Positions 1-10,615 of a stretch of 53,132 bases of DNA are shown in pieces (positions within the stretch are counted from its first letter, which is position 1; each line of letters starts with the position of its first letter). A program made the translations under genes and the position numbers. The notes below the pieces were generated by a model. The model searched no databases. It was not told the DNA's origin and saw nothing but the letters and a program-made list of their open reading frames with translations. The stretch covers positions 1-53,132 of the forward strand of contig PRDI01000086.1 of NCBI GenBank assembly GCA_003345595.1, given 5' to 3'. This DNA is from Candidatus Thorarchaeota archaeon (GTDB lineage: Archaea; Asgardarchaeota; Thorarchaeia; Thorarchaeales; Thorarchaeaceae).

Positions 1-2952
1 ATCGCCGAAGCTATTTCCATCGATTGCGAAATCAAGTATCACACTGGCTTCTCTCAAACCATCAGTGTGCCTTCTTGCGCCAGATGGCTGAACGTGAGCA
101 TAGATTGGAACAATGCGGCAACGGATCTGAATCTCGCACTCGTCGACCCAGCTGGTCGCCTTGGTCAGTGGGCGCCTGCTGGCAGCATACTCTCCAACCT
201 GGGACGGGAGTCAGTCAGCCTACCATATCCAATGGCTGGCAACTGGACTGCTGTCGTAGCTTGGATGGACTCCACTTCTGAGAGCAATGATGTCTTGCTG
301 TCTTGGAGTGTTGCATCCATGACTGCGAACCTCCAAGCATATCTGGAGAGCGCGGCCAATGGGGCAGTCCTTGCATCTCTGTTGAATGCTCCGCTCCTCT
401 ATGTGACCGAAGACACGGTTCCTGAAGTCACCCAATGGGCAGTCGACCGCCTTGGTGTCAACGTCAGCTTCCTTGTGGATCCAAACAACATCCACTCAAG
501 CACCCTAGCCGATGCACTCGGTCTGTTCTCCTTTGTGCAAGAACTGAACAACTATCCTCTTGTTTCGTCTTGGATAAAAGCTATCTCCGGGGAGAGTGAT
601 GTCGTAGTCACTGTCCCAATGGGAACAGGAAACGAGCTATTTGCTCCATCTGCCCTTTCTGGAGCAGTGCACGGAGCCCCTGTGTTCTCACTGTGTGGTG
701 ATGACAACACTCTGACGACTAGGGCTGAAGAAACGTGGGCACCCTATCTGGTGGGTCCTGAGATTGAGATTTACATAACCAGCCGATATACGACTAGGAC
801 TGAGAACGGTTGGTATGACGAGAGGATTCCGAACAGGTACTCGATGGCAGAGTCGGCTGACGCCTTCCAGCAGTTCCTCGAAGATCGAAATGCTTTCAAT
901 GCCACCAGCTCACAGGCAGTCATCATCGTTTCGCCAGTCGACAACATCAAAGTAAGCTTCGATAGGTCTCTTCAATGCCACTTCTCTCCGGGTCGTATTC
1001 CTGCGACAGACTCACCCGCGGCATCGGTCATGGTTTCCAGGGCTGCGCTGCACAGGTTCATCTTTCGAACCGCGGACTCTGCAGATCAAGCGCTGCTCAC
1101 CATGTATGCCTATACTGACGGAGCCACTTACTTTGACAACTACTTCAACTCACATGTCATACAGCAGTATGATGACTCTGTGAATGCATTGGAGTCGGCT
1201 GGGTTCACTGTCGACAGCCATGTAGGTTACTCACAGGTCTTCAGCGCGCTGAGCTCTCAGCCTGGTTTCTGGTCAATGAGTACACATGGCACACTCACGC
1301 GTCTGCCCACCGATCCTCCCGAGCGGCCGGGCGGTCTGGGTATCTTTTCGATGAGGGACTCAGATGCTCCTTACGGTTTTGAGGTCAGTGTTTCTGAACG
1401 AGAGAGTACGACTGACTCTGATCAAATCGTAAACCCCGTTGCGTATCAGGCCGAGGCTGTTCACCATGTGATGAAAAACACGGGAGATCTTGAGCAGGCA
1501 ATTGGCAGTCTGGGTTCACCCATCGTCATTCTGACTGCATGTCTTTTGGGAGGGTCAGAACTCCCTCTAATGCTCATGGAACATGGTGCGGTTTCGGTGA
1601 TCGCGTCACCACGCACAGTCTACTTCCTTCCGGCAGGTCTCGCCTGTGTCCTCATGACTCAGGCCATCGCAGTAGGCAACACAACAGGCTCTGCCCTCAC
1701 CCAGTCTCTGAAGACGGTTTCCTACGACTACTCAGACCCACCTTCAGGAGATCCTCGTGACTATGCCAATCAACATGTCCTATTTGGAGACCCCGAGATG
1801 AAACTGTACGACACGGTTTCTGACCCACGAGTGACCTCTGTCAATCCGATGAATGCCACGTTCGGAAACCATATGCCGGGTCGAGGCGTAGCCGCAGTGG
1901 CCGGACTGGGCGCATCCAGCTATCTACCAGATTCCCTACTGATGCTTGGAGTCGACAATGACTACTACGAAAGCACCAACTACAGTGACTTCATTTCTCT
2001 CCTTCCACTGAGGCGAGTGGTCATTGTTGAACCTGGTTCGCTTGGTACGCTTGAGAGTGTGATGACCGCGAGCGCTAGCAAGTTGGACGATTATGTTACG
2101 AGTGGAGGCGTCCTTGTGCTTCTAGGCGTTTCCGGGGATATCGGATGGCTACCTTGGCCAGTTTCGCTGAACGAATCCAACTCTGGCCCCAGCATTGTCA
2201 TCTCAGACCCGACCCATCCGTTCATGTCTGTACCCAACGAGCTCGCGAACGCCACTGCGTTTCAAGGTCATTTTGACTCGGTGTGGGCCAACTTGTCCGT
2301 ACTGGCGACGGACGGGTCGAACCCAGTTGTCGTGGCAGGAGTCGTAGGTGCAGGCAAGCTCTGTCTGACGACAACAACTCCTGTCGGCACCGAGCAGATA
2401 GCTACAGTTGAGAATGCGGTAACCTGGGGTGAAGAACCCTCTTTGGTCCTAAAGCGCGTGACCATGAATGAGTACGTGATATGGGAGAACGACAGAGTAG
2501 TGGTTACTATTGAGATCACAGACCTCATCGGTACTGGAGTTGAGGGTGCGACTGTCCGGGCCTGGCTCGGTCCATATGAACTGCCTGTTGATGAGGTCGG
2601 CGAAGGTGCATACACTATTACTATGGATGAGCAATGGACGAGTAACCGTACTGGCACATACGATTTCAGAGTCATTGCTATGAAGGCTGGTCACGACACA
2701 TTATCGCTGTTACTCGTCGATTTCATGTACATCCGTCCATCGCCTTGGCTCGCTATCGGCGTAGTCGCAGCGGTGGCGGGAGTACTAGTCGTGGGCGCGC
2801 TCTACATCAGACACCGCAGGAGCGGCAAGGTGTTCTCACGACCCAAATCACGACATCCATCAGAAAAGCAGCCAGATAGAGGGAAGGAGGAGAGAGCTCG
2901 TCAGAAGGAGAGAGACGAGAAGGCAGACCCCTCTGAGTTCTTCGGTGTATAG
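1..2952 (+). CDS. Large membrane-anchored extracellular protein with a peptidase C25 (gingipain/clan CD)-like domain; 5'-truncated
   Basis: Frame is open from base 1. It has a PPC-like segment (DWNNAATDLNLALVDP), a His/Cys dyad candidate (MSTHG ... ILTACLLG), the C25-type LFGDP motif, and a C-terminal TM helix (WLAIGVVAAVAGVLVVGALYI) followed by a basic tail. Confidence 0.6.
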   Translation: MAEAISIDCEIKYHTGFSQTISVPSCARWLNVSIDWNNAATDLNLALVDPAGRLGQWAPAGSILSNLGRESVSLPYPMAGNWTAVVAWMDSTSESNDVLLSWSVASMTANLQAYLESAANGAVLASLLNAPLLYVTEDTVPEVTQWAVDRLGVNVSFLVDPNNIHSSTLADALGLFSFVQELNNYPLVSSWIKAISGESDVVVTVPMGTGNELFAPSALSGAVHGAPVFSLCGDDNTLTTRAEETWAPYLVGPEIEIYITSRYTTRTENGWYDERIPNRYSMAESADAFQQFLEDRNAFNATSSQAVIIVSPVDNIKVSFDRSLQCHFSPGRIPATDSPAASVMVSRAALHRFIFRTADSADQALLTMYAYTDGATYFDNYFNSHVIQQYDDSVNALESAGFTVDSHVGYSQVFSALSSQPGFWSMSTHGTLTRLPTDPPERPGGLGIFSMRDSDAPYGFEVSVSERESTTDSDQIVNPVAYQAEAVHHVMKNTGDLEQAIGSLGSPIVILTACLLGGSELPLMLMEHGAVSVIASPRTVYFLPAGLACVLMTQAIAVGNTTGSALTQSLKTVSYDYSDPPSGDPRDYANQHVLFGDPEMKLYDTVSDPRVTSVNPMNATFGNHMPGRGVAAVAGLGASSYLPDSLLMLGVDNDYYESTNYSDFISLLPLRRVVIVEPGSLGTLESVMTASASKLDDYVTSGGVLVLLGVSGDIGWLPWPVSLNESNSGPSIVISDPTHPFMSVPNELANATAFQGHFDSVWANLSVLATDGSNPVVVAGVVGAGKLCLTTTTPVGTEQIATVENAVTWGEEPSLVLKRVTMNEYVIWENDRVVVTIEITDLIGTGVEGATVRAWLGPYELPVDEVGEGAYTITMDEQWTSNRTGTYDFRVIAMKAGHDTLSLLLVDFMYIRPSPWLAIGVVAAVAGVLVVGALYIRHRRSGKVFSRPKSRHPSEKQPDRGKEERARQKERDEKADPSEFFGV

Positions 2953-3172
2953 ACAAGACCAGATCACTGCCAATTGATCTCTTGGCATGAATGCGCTGTT
3001 ACTCTAACAGAACCTCACGACCGCCCTCATCACGTCGTTGTCGACCATGTCGAGTACGGATACGTTGACTGATATCGTGCTATCCATCGCTGCACCGGTG
3101 GCTCTGATCCACGCAAAGCAATAGATTCGTGGAATTCTCCTAATCACGTTGGGCTCGCTCCACACCGATAGC

Positions 3173-3952
3173 TCACTGCGGCGTTTTCCACCGTACATAT
3201 GCCTTGTAGGAGTCGGGGTCCGTGTAGCCTAGCTTCAGTGCCAACTTGACTGATACCTCGTTATCTGCATCCCAGCACGGGACAAAGCCATTCTTGAGTC
3301 CGTGCTCAATGAGAGCGATACAGGCGGCCGTCGCAAACCCCTTCCTCCGATACGTCGGAGAGTCCATCGTGTCGACTTGAATCTCAAAATCACGAACAAA
3401 GGGAATGAATGTCGAGGCCATGCTCACCACTTCTTCGCCATGAACGATACAAAACCCGAAACCTTTCGCCAAGAAATCCTGGGGACTGCTCCAGAACATT
3501 GACACATGTGCCTTGAGATTCGCATTTGTCCTCTCAAGCAGCCAACTGTCGAGTTGCTTCAGCTCGAACCCCTTGGGCAACGGACGCTTCAGTTTCCTCA
3601 GTTGCTTAATGCTAAGATGGCCTGCAGACATTCTGGTTCTGTGGATAACCTTGAGGTCCTCACCCCAAATGCTTCTCAGATGTGACTCCCATGTTTCATC
3701 AGGAACGAGGAGCAGGTTGCCTTGGGGGAAGTCTTCTAGGATGCCAGACTCGTTGGCGGCCGAGAGTTCGCCCCCGATGAAGTTCAAGGGCGGGTACAAT
3801 AGAAGAGCTACCCGGGGTTCACGCTCCGAATCTACCTTGATTGTGCCCAGTCCGAGTCCGAGAATCGATGAGATGATGGATTGGCCTCTTGTTGTGGATC
3901 TGAAGAGGGGTTCCAAGACAGTGCGGTCCGGGGAAGTCCATGTAGCGCCCAT
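3173..3952 (-). CDS. GNAT family N-acetyltransferase
   Basis: GFGFCIVHGEEVVS, acetyl-CoA motif YRRKGFATAAC, and WDADNEVSVKLALKLGY. Confidence 0.85.
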   Translation of the reverse strand: MGATWTSPDRTVLEPLFRSTTRGQSIISSILGLGLGTIKVDSEREPRVALLLYPPLNFIGGELSAANESGILEDFPQGNLLLVPDETWESHLRSIWGEDLKVIHRTRMSAGHLSIKQLRKLKRPLPKGFELKQLDSWLLERTNANLKAHVSMFWSSPQDFLAKGFGFCIVHGEEVVSMASTFIPFVRDFEIQVDTMDSPTYRRKGFATAACIALIEHGLKNGFVPCWDADNEVSVKLALKLGYTDPDSYKAYVRWKTPQ

Positions 3953-4367
3953 ACCAACCGTAGAACGCTGGCATTGAGGCAGTCATATGTTTTGGGTTGA
4001 ACGCATCCCGGGAAGTAGGCGCGACTAATCGTCTGATTCCTCGACGACTCAATTGCCATAGTAGAAGCCCTACTTGTCAGACTCGAAATCCTGGATGCCG
4101 GCGATCGGCGATGAGCCGGCCTACCATTGCCTGCACGCGCAATAATCTGGTCGGCGCAAACTGATTGGGATGATAGGCGAAGTCTACGGCTCGTACTGTC
4201 GTAGTTCGTCATTGCAGTGCTCGTCGACTGCTCGTAGTGGGGCTCTACCGTAACGGTGTGAATGCTTGCATCAAACGCGATTCCAGTGTCGGGACCTATC
4301 GCTTGGTCACAATAAGGTTTTAAGACCGTCAGAGGACTTACGAGTATTGCGACGGAGTGGAGTAGCA

Positions 4368-4730
4368 ATGCCCAGCCGCGTTGACAGGATTAACAAGGCC
4401 ATACGGGACTTCGAAACAGTACCTGGAGTAGAGGGCGCTGCTCTGGTTTCCTTGGATGGTCTTATGATATCTTCCGCTCTTCCCGAGAGTGAACAAGAAC
4501 GAGTTGCCGCGATTAGTGCCGCGATTCTGTCTCTCGGTGAGAAGGCAACGACCGAACTCGACCGTGGTCAACTGATGGAGATATATGTCAAAGGCGACAG
4601 GGGCTACACCCTGCTCACGTCCGTGGGAGGAAGTGCTCTGCTCTTGGTCCTAGCAAAGCCTGACGCGCAGCTCGGACTCATATTCGTAGACATGAAACGG
4701 ATGGCTCAGGGTCTGTTGGAGATACTGTAG
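4368..4730 (+). CDS. Roadblock/LC7 (MglB-like) domain protein
   Basis: VPGVEGAALVSLDGLMISS...ERVAAISAAILSLGE...AQLGLIF is a typical roadblock pattern. ATG at 4368 follows GGAG, with TATA-like TTTTAA near 4317. Confidence 0.92.
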   Translation: MPSRVDRINKAIRDFETVPGVEGAALVSLDGLMISSALPESEQERVAAISAAILSLGEKATTELDRGQLMEIYVKGDRGYTLLTSVGGSALLLVLAKPDAQLGLIFVDMKRMAQGLLEIL

Positions 4731-4777
4731 TTGGGCCTGATCAGCATCGCACAGGTCCGGCTGGTTTTCCGGCCCGT

Positions 4778-6010
4778 CTAGATTCTTTTCACGATTTCAT
4801 CCACGATCACACGGGCGATTTCTCTCTTGGATGCGAGCGGGACTTTTCTCAGAAATCCCTTTGGTCCCACTATCAGCACCTCATTCGTGTCTGCTGCAAA
4901 GGCTGCGCCCTTTCTGCGTTCGTCATTACCGACAACAAGATCACATATGCCTTCAGTGACCTTGGCTCGTGCGCGAGCATCCAGTTCTTCGTCCGTTACT
5001 CCCGACTCCACTTTGAAGCCGACAATGAAGAGGTGTTTGTGCTTCTTTCGGACTTCCTCTATGATCTTTGGTGTCGGCACAAGCTGGACTGAGTAGGCCT
5101 CTCCTGAGGGTCTCTTCCTGTCCTCTTTCTGTGCAGGCTCAAAATCGAGTACAGCCGCTGATGAGATGAAGGCCGATGTCTTGTACGCTGCAATTGCATC
5201 AAGTACTGCCTGCATCATCTCCTGAGACGTTTCGACGTGCCTTATCTCAGCCTCTTCAGGAAGTGCCAGCAATGTGGGGCCGACGACAAGAGTCACGCTA
5301 CCACCGCGTGATATGATCTCTCTAGCGATTTCGATGCCCATTTTCCCTGTGGACGGGTTTGTCATGAATCTGACACGGTCAATCCATCCCCGAGTGGGTC
5401 CCGCCGTCACAACAAAGTGCCTGTTGCGAAGGTCCGCCGGGCCAAGGGCAGCAAACACACGATCGACTATCGTATCGACATCTGGTATCTTCGCTTTGTC
5501 CTCCTCAAGTTTGGGAGCGAGTACTGCCACTCCCATGTGCTCAAGTTTCTCAATGTTCGCAACAACAGCGGGGTGCTCGTACATGGACTCATGCATTGCA
5601 GGAACGACCACGACTGGTATCCGCGCGCCTATTGCGGAGGAAACTGTTGTTGTGACAGGTGTATCGTCGATACCATTCGCAATCTTTCCAATGGTGTTCG
5701 CGGTAGCTGGCGCCACTAGGACGAGGTCTACGTGACCTGGTCCTTTGCCTGCAAGGGTGATATGCTCAATCTGACCTGTGAGCTCCGTGACCACGGGGTT
5801 TCCTGTTGCCCACTCCAGCAGATAGGGATGGATTATCTTCTGTGCCATTGGACTCATCACGCAATACACCTCAGCCCCGTGACGCATGAGTCGTCGCGCC
5901 AATGCAACGCATTCAACGGCTGCCACGCTGCCTGTCACGCACAGAGCTATCTTGTGTCCCTGCAGCACTCCACTGAGGCTCCCTGTGATGAGCTTCGATG
6001 TGTGTTCCAT
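4778..6010 (-). CDS. coaBC: Bifunctional phosphopantothenoylcysteine decarboxylase/phosphopantothenate-cysteine ligase
   Basis: VTGSVAA, APATANTIGKIANGIDD, PAMHESMY, VTAGPT...NPSTGKMG, VGFKVE. Confidence 0.95.
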   Translation of the reverse strand: MEHTSKLITGSLSGVLQGHKIALCVTGSVAAVECVALARRLMRHGAEVYCVMSPMAQKIIHPYLLEWATGNPVVTELTGQIEHITLAGKGPGHVDLVLVAPATANTIGKIANGIDDTPVTTTVSSAIGARIPVVVVPAMHESMYEHPAVVANIEKLEHMGVAVLAPKLEEDKAKIPDVDTIVDRVFAALGPADLRNRHFVVTAGPTRGWIDRVRFMTNPSTGKMGIEIAREIISRGGSVTLVVGPTLLALPEEAEIRHVETSQEMMQAVLDAIAAYKTSAFISSAAVLDFEPAQKEDRKRPSGEAYSVQLVPTPKIIEEVRKKHKHLFIVGFKVESGVTDEELDARARAKVTEGICDLVVGNDERRKGAAFAADTNEVLIVGPKGFLRKVPLASKREIARVIVDEIVKRI

Positions 6011-6264
6011 TGGTCTGTTCCCAGTTAGGCTTGGGGCGCATCCATTGATAAACTGAGCGAAGCGCAGCCTTCGTCAACAAGAGTGCCTGTTCTGGCTTTG
6101 GGCAAAGAATATATGAGCCAAGTAGGGAAGTTCGATGCGCCAATGACGGACTCCCCTGTGATTGGGCCGTTAGAGAGAGCACGCTTGGACCCTCGCACAG
6201 GAACAGCACGGATTGCTGAGGGGAAATCCCCTCTCACTAGAAACATAATGGCGGTGCGCAAGAC

Positions 6265-7104
6265 TTGGCGGACTCTTCTCGCTATTCTGAGGCGACATTC
6301 AGCAGGATGCAACCTGAGAAGAGGGCTCGTTTCCAAGCCTACGACAGGGTAGTATCTGCACTTGGTACTCCCAGCCAGTCAATGTTCATACTGGACAATG
6401 ATAATGAGGTCGACACCTTCCAGCGCGACTTCAACGATTTTCTTAGGACGACTGGACGCCTCAGTGATGATTCTGCCAAGCTTCCCTATCACGTAGTACA
6501 CATTGGCTATGACGGCGACATGTTGGATGATATGTTTAGACTGGTGGTCTCTGACGAGTCCAAGAACTTCGACCCTGCAAAGCTCGACGCCAGCATGCTG
6601 TATTCAAAGCAGGCCATATTCCAGCATCTCTATCATATCATCACCAAGGACAAGTTTGTCATCTTCCATGTCACGGAGTTTCCCCTAGCCTACTATTTCG
6701 AAACAGCCGTTGTGGTGGATGTTGAAGACCTCAGTGATGTCATGGATCCGGCAGTACATGACGAAACCATTGTTAGGTACTTGAATGATCTGAGGGCCCA
6801 AGGAACTGAAGAACACAGGAAGATGTACAGTTTCTTCTATAGAATCAGTACCTCGCTGCTGATGGAGCTATCGAATGTCTTCTTGGTGGTTCCGACTGCA
6901 GGTATGAACAGGCATCTGGTGGTGACAAGCTGGAGAACCCAGACGCTGTTGCTTGGCTTCAGTCCCTTGACATGGAGCTCTGGCTCTTTTCAGATGTATG
7001 ATCTTAGTGGTAGGGACGTAGATGCGCGTTGGGCATATCCGGCGCCCCCATCCTCCGATCCGAGGGTCAAGGAGTACACCAGTCTAGTCCCTCTTGGCAG
7101 GTGA
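6265..7104 (+). CDS. Hypothetical protein (279 aa)
   Basis: Long ORF with protein-like composition filling the gap between coaBC and pok. No recognisable motif; start uncertain. Confidence 0.65.
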   Translation: MADSSRYSEATFSRMQPEKRARFQAYDRVVSALGTPSQSMFILDNDNEVDTFQRDFNDFLRTTGRLSDDSAKLPYHVVHIGYDGDMLDDMFRLVVSDESKNFDPAKLDASMLYSKQAIFQHLYHIITKDKFVIFHVTEFPLAYYFETAVVVDVEDLSDVMDPAVHDETIVRYLNDLRAQGTEEHRKMYSFFYRISTSLLMELSNVFLVVPTAGMNRHLVVTSWRTQTLLLGFSPLTWSSGSFQMYDLSGRDVDARWAYPAPPSSDPRVKEYTSLVPLGR

Positions 7105-7222
7105 GCTCTGTGCGGCATTTCTCTGGCGGTCTGGATATATACATGTATATACCGTCGGAGGATAGTATACACAAGAGTAAAGTAATCCTCTACAAAGAGC
7201 ATTAGCAAAACAAGGACATCGA

Positions 7223-8146
7223 TTGGATTTGTCGGTGAGGTTGGCCCGGGCATTTGCACCGGGTCACATAACAGGGCTGTTCAGAATTCACGACAGCACC
7301 AAAGAGCCGCTATACACTGGCTCCACTGGCGCTGGGTTCTCGGTGTTGGCCGGGACCTTGACAACTGTCAGCCTACTGGAGAGCAAATCACTAGACATAG
7401 TTGTCGAATACAACAAGAAACTGATAGACGCACCAGTGACGACAATGGTGGCACGCACATTGGCAGAGAAATACGACCAGATCTTCCGCGCTCGCATTGA
7501 GCATGAGTCATCCATTCCAATCGGCGTTGGGTTTGGCGCATCTGGCGCTGGCGCTCTGAGTACTGCCCTCGCATTGGGGCGACTCTTAGACCCTAAGATG
7601 TCCCGGTCGAGCGCTGCAGGCTTCGCTCATTGTGCGGAGGTCGTCAATCACACAGGGCTTGGAGATGTGATTGGTCAGTTCAAGGGCGGTGTAGAAGTCC
7701 GGACTCATCCGGGCGCCCCCGGTATTGGCAGGATAGTGAGCATACCTTACGATGATCAGATTCGGGTCGTTCTCGCGGGCGGCCAAGGTCTCAGAGCTAA
7801 GAAAGCCGCTCTGACAGATGCGGCTTGGCATGACAAGATCAACCGAGCTGCTGACAAGCTTGTTGAGTCTGTGGCGGGGCATCGGTCCATCAGCACGTTT
7901 GTTGACTGTTCTCGCAGGTTTGCTGAAGCCGCGGGTCTAGCTACAGATCGGGTAACATCGGGTCTGAACATGTTGGACTCTGCAGGTCTGGGCTTGTCTG
8001 CTCAAGTCATGCTAGGCGATTCAGTATTCTGCTTCTGTACCGAAGAAGGAACAGGTAGCGCGGTCGACATTCTATCAAAGTTGTGGGAACCACACGAGGT
8101 CATAGTCACTTCAATATCAGCAAAAGGAGGCCAAGTGATCGGATGA
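7223..8146 (+). CDS. pok: Pantoate kinase (GHMP family)
   Basis: FAPGHITGLF, GSTGAG, PIGVGFGASGAG and TGLGDV; lies directly upstream of phosphopantothenate synthetase. Confidence 0.92.
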   Translation: MDLSVRLARAFAPGHITGLFRIHDSTKEPLYTGSTGAGFSVLAGTLTTVSLLESKSLDIVVEYNKKLIDAPVTTMVARTLAEKYDQIFRARIEHESSIPIGVGFGASGAGALSTALALGRLLDPKMSRSSAAGFAHCAEVVNHTGLGDVIGQFKGGVEVRTHPGAPGIGRIVSIPYDDQIRVVLAGGQGLRAKKAALTDAAWHDKINRAADKLVESVAGHRSISTFVDCSRRFAEAAGLATDRVTSGLNMLDSAGLGLSAQVMLGDSVFCFCTEEGTGSAVDILSKLWEPHEVIVTSISAKGGQVIG

Positions 8147-8955
8147 AGAAGATCGAGGTGCCTCCAGACCACCCAAGAAGAGAGTCCCTTGAGGTCAGGG
8201 AACGAGTGATTGAAGGTCACGAGAAACATATCGTGGCGACCGCAGGTCTTCTTGCCCATGGCCGCGGTGAGGCGTTCGACTACTTGATTGGCGAGAAGAC
8301 AAGTGAACAAGCGCGCAGAGCTGCCCGTGCTGCTGTGGCCGCAATCCTTTCGGCAGACAACCCCGTAGTGAGCGTAAATGGGAATGCCTGCGCACTTGTA
8401 GCAAATGACCTCGTATCTCTCTCTAAAGCTACTGGGGCTCCCCTAGAGATCAATCTCTTCTACTACGCAAGAGAGCGAGAGGATGCTGTTCTCAAGAGCC
8501 TCAGGAGAGCAGGTGCAGAAAGAATCCTTGGCACACACGACCGTCCATCGACGACGATTCCGGAGCTTAGCAGCAACCGGAGGAAGGTGGACACAGAGGG
8601 TATCGCCAGAGCCGACGTAGTCTTGGTGCCCCTTGAGGATGGCGATCGCACCGAGGCACTAAGAGCCTTAGGCAAATTCGTGATAGCTATTGACCTCAAT
8701 CCAATGAGTCGGACAGCGACGCATGCAGACATAACGATTGTCGACAACATAGTGCGCGTACTCCCATTGATGAATGGACTGGCACAGGAGATGAAAGACC
8801 AGCCAAGAGAAGAACTGAAACGCATGGCCTCTGAGTTCGACAATCGTGCCAACCTGAGCGAATCGATCCGATTGATCATGGCCCACCTTGAGTCAGAAGC
8901 AAGCAGACATATTTCATTACATGAGAATACAGTGGAGGGACTGGCTACATCATGA
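8143..8955 (+). CDS. pps: 4-phosphopantoate--beta-alanine ligase (phosphopantothenate synthetase)
   Basis: HPRRESL, AHGRGEAFDYLIGE, VSVNGN, VPLEDGDR, IDLNPMSRT. Its ATG overlaps the pok stop (ATGA). Confidence 0.95.
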   Translation: MKKIEVPPDHPRRESLEVRERVIEGHEKHIVATAGLLAHGRGEAFDYLIGEKTSEQARRAARAAVAAILSADNPVVSVNGNACALVANDLVSLSKATGAPLEINLFYYAREREDAVLKSLRRAGAERILGTHDRPSTTIPELSSNRRKVDTEGIARADVVLVPLEDGDRTEALRALGKFVIAIDLNPMSRTATHADITIVDNIVRVLPLMNGLAQEMKDQPREELKRMASEFDNRANLSESIRLIMAHLESEASRHISLHENTVEGLATS

Positions 8956-9938
8956 GAATCACCATCATGGGTTCCGGAGCAATAGGCAGCCTGTATGGTG
9001 GCCTGTTGCAGATGTCCGGAGAAGCTCAGGTCACACTAGTGGGTAGGAAGCCTCACATCATGTCCATTCAGCATGACGGACTCAGACTCAAGGGTGTGCT
9101 CGGTGACCACACAATAAGACTCAACGCAACGGACAATCCGGAGGCGATTCGTGAAACCGATATAGTGTTCATCACAACCAAGGCGTACGACACGATCAGT
9201 GCAGCAACGAGGATTCGCCATCTTGTAGATCGCGGCGCATATGTTATCGTGCTCCAGAATGGTCTTGGGACAGAGAAGGAGGTAGAGAGGGTATTGTCCA
9301 GCACCCGAGTAATGCGGGCCACAACGTGTATGGGCGCGCTCGTTAAGAATCCGGGTGAGGTGACTGTGACAGGCCAAGGTCTCACTGAGCTTGGGTCTCA
9401 TCATCCAGAGAACACTGACATGGTTGAGCGAATGGCAGTGCTTTTGCGGCATGCAGGTTTCCTTGTTCGGACAAGCGACAACATTGACGGTGTCGTGTGG
9501 ACAAAGACGATAGTCAACTGTGGTGTGAACCCTGTCGGTGCTTTGACTGGTCTCACAAACGGCGACGTCTATAACAACAAAGCGCTGAGAGGGTTGGTTC
9601 TCCGCCTTGTACAGGAGACTGCAAGAGTAGCTGAAGGTCTGAAGATACGTCTAACGACTGACGACCCCGTCCGCTATACTCTCGGTACAGCTAAGGCAAC
9701 GGGAGCGAACATCAACTCGATGCTCCAAGACATACGTGCACGAAAGCGAACCGAGATCGACTCGATAACTGGAGAGGTCATTAGGCTCGCGAGACAGCTC
9801 GGTATTGACACTCCCGCAAGTGACTCCGTATATGCTCTCGTAAAAGCTCTCGAGTCCGAGTACCTTCGCAGTTCTGGTCCTCAGAGTTCTGCAGGCGTTA
9901 TCAGTTCTGAGGAACTCACCGAAGCCACATCTAGTTGA
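8952..9938 (+). CDS. panE: 2-dehydropantoate 2-reductase
   Basis: GSGAIG, TTKAYD, LQNGLG, WTKTIVNCGVNP, NSMLQD...TEIDSITG. Confidence 0.95.
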   Translation: MRITIMGSGAIGSLYGGLLQMSGEAQVTLVGRKPHIMSIQHDGLRLKGVLGDHTIRLNATDNPEAIRETDIVFITTKAYDTISAATRIRHLVDRGAYVIVLQNGLGTEKEVERVLSSTRVMRATTCMGALVKNPGEVTVTGQGLTELGSHHPENTDMVERMAVLLRHAGFLVRTSDNIDGVVWTKTIVNCGVNPVGALTGLTNGDVYNNKALRGLVLRLVQETARVAEGLKIRLTTDDPVRYTLGTAKATGANINSMLQDIRARKRTEIDSITGEVIRLARQLGIDTPASDSVYALVKALESEYLRSSGPQSSAGVISSEELTEATSS

Positions 9939-10611
9939 TGAACCAGCCACGTGCCATCTCGTAGGACGCTCGAGCAGATCGGCTTGCATCGTGCATTACA
10001 GGACCCATGTGGCCTGGCAGAGCGATCTGAAAGTCAATCTTCGACAACCTGCGCAGAGAGTCCACAAGTTTCGTCTGGTCACCGGTTGGGAAGTCCACCC
10101 TGCCAAAGCTGCCATCTGGAAACATTGTATCGCCAGTCACCATGATGCCGAGACTCTGCTCATGAAGGCATATGCTGCCAATGGAGTGGCCGGGGGTGTG
10201 GTATACCCTGAGGCTTACTTCGCCAAAATCCAGGACGTCACCTTCCGCAAGCATTCTGTCAATCCTTATAGTATCTAGCTCAGCTCCGAATGTGTCAGCT
10301 AACGTAAGCTCCAAGTTTCCTGAGTTTATCCGTTCCCCCTCCTCTTTGTGGAGATATATCTTCGGTGAACCGGACCTCAGCAGGGGAACTACTCCTCCTA
10401 TGTGATCAATGTGACTATGTGTCAGGACGATGTCTGTGATCTCTGAAGAAGAGGTACCAATCTTCTTGAGGTCCTGATCGAGCCTTGCTGACTCAAGCCC
10501 TGTCCCCGTGTCAATCAGAACGTGACGTTCTCCGCCATCGATGTAAGTGATGTTGCTGTCAAAGGATGTGCTCGCATGGAAGTAGATGGGACCCGAGATA
10601 CGTTGGAACAA
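9931..10611 (-). CDS. MBL-fold metallo-hydrolase (glyoxalase II-like)
   Basis: THSHIDHIGG, HTPGHS, TGDTMF, PGH. Probable TTG start at 10611 after AGGTGA; the ORF track starts it at 10632. Confidence 0.9.
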   Translation of the reverse strand: MFQRISGPIYFHASTSFDSNITYIDGGERHVLIDTGTGLESARLDQDLKKIGTSSSEITDIVLTHSHIDHIGGVVPLLRSGSPKIYLHKEEGERINSGNLELTLADTFGAELDTIRIDRMLAEGDVLDFGEVSLRVYHTPGHSIGSICLHEQSLGIMVTGDTMFPDGSFGRVDFPTGDQTKLVDSLRRLSKIDFQIALPGHMGPVMHDASRSARASYEMARGWFIN

Positions 10612-10615
10612 GCAA

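Noticed and set aside
3832-4368. 178-aa minus-strand ORF, and the 64-aa ORF at 3004..3198
   Set aside because: No motifs are recognisable, both overlap the GNAT gene, and the longer one has Ser/Arg-rich shadow-like composition and covers the roadblock promoter.
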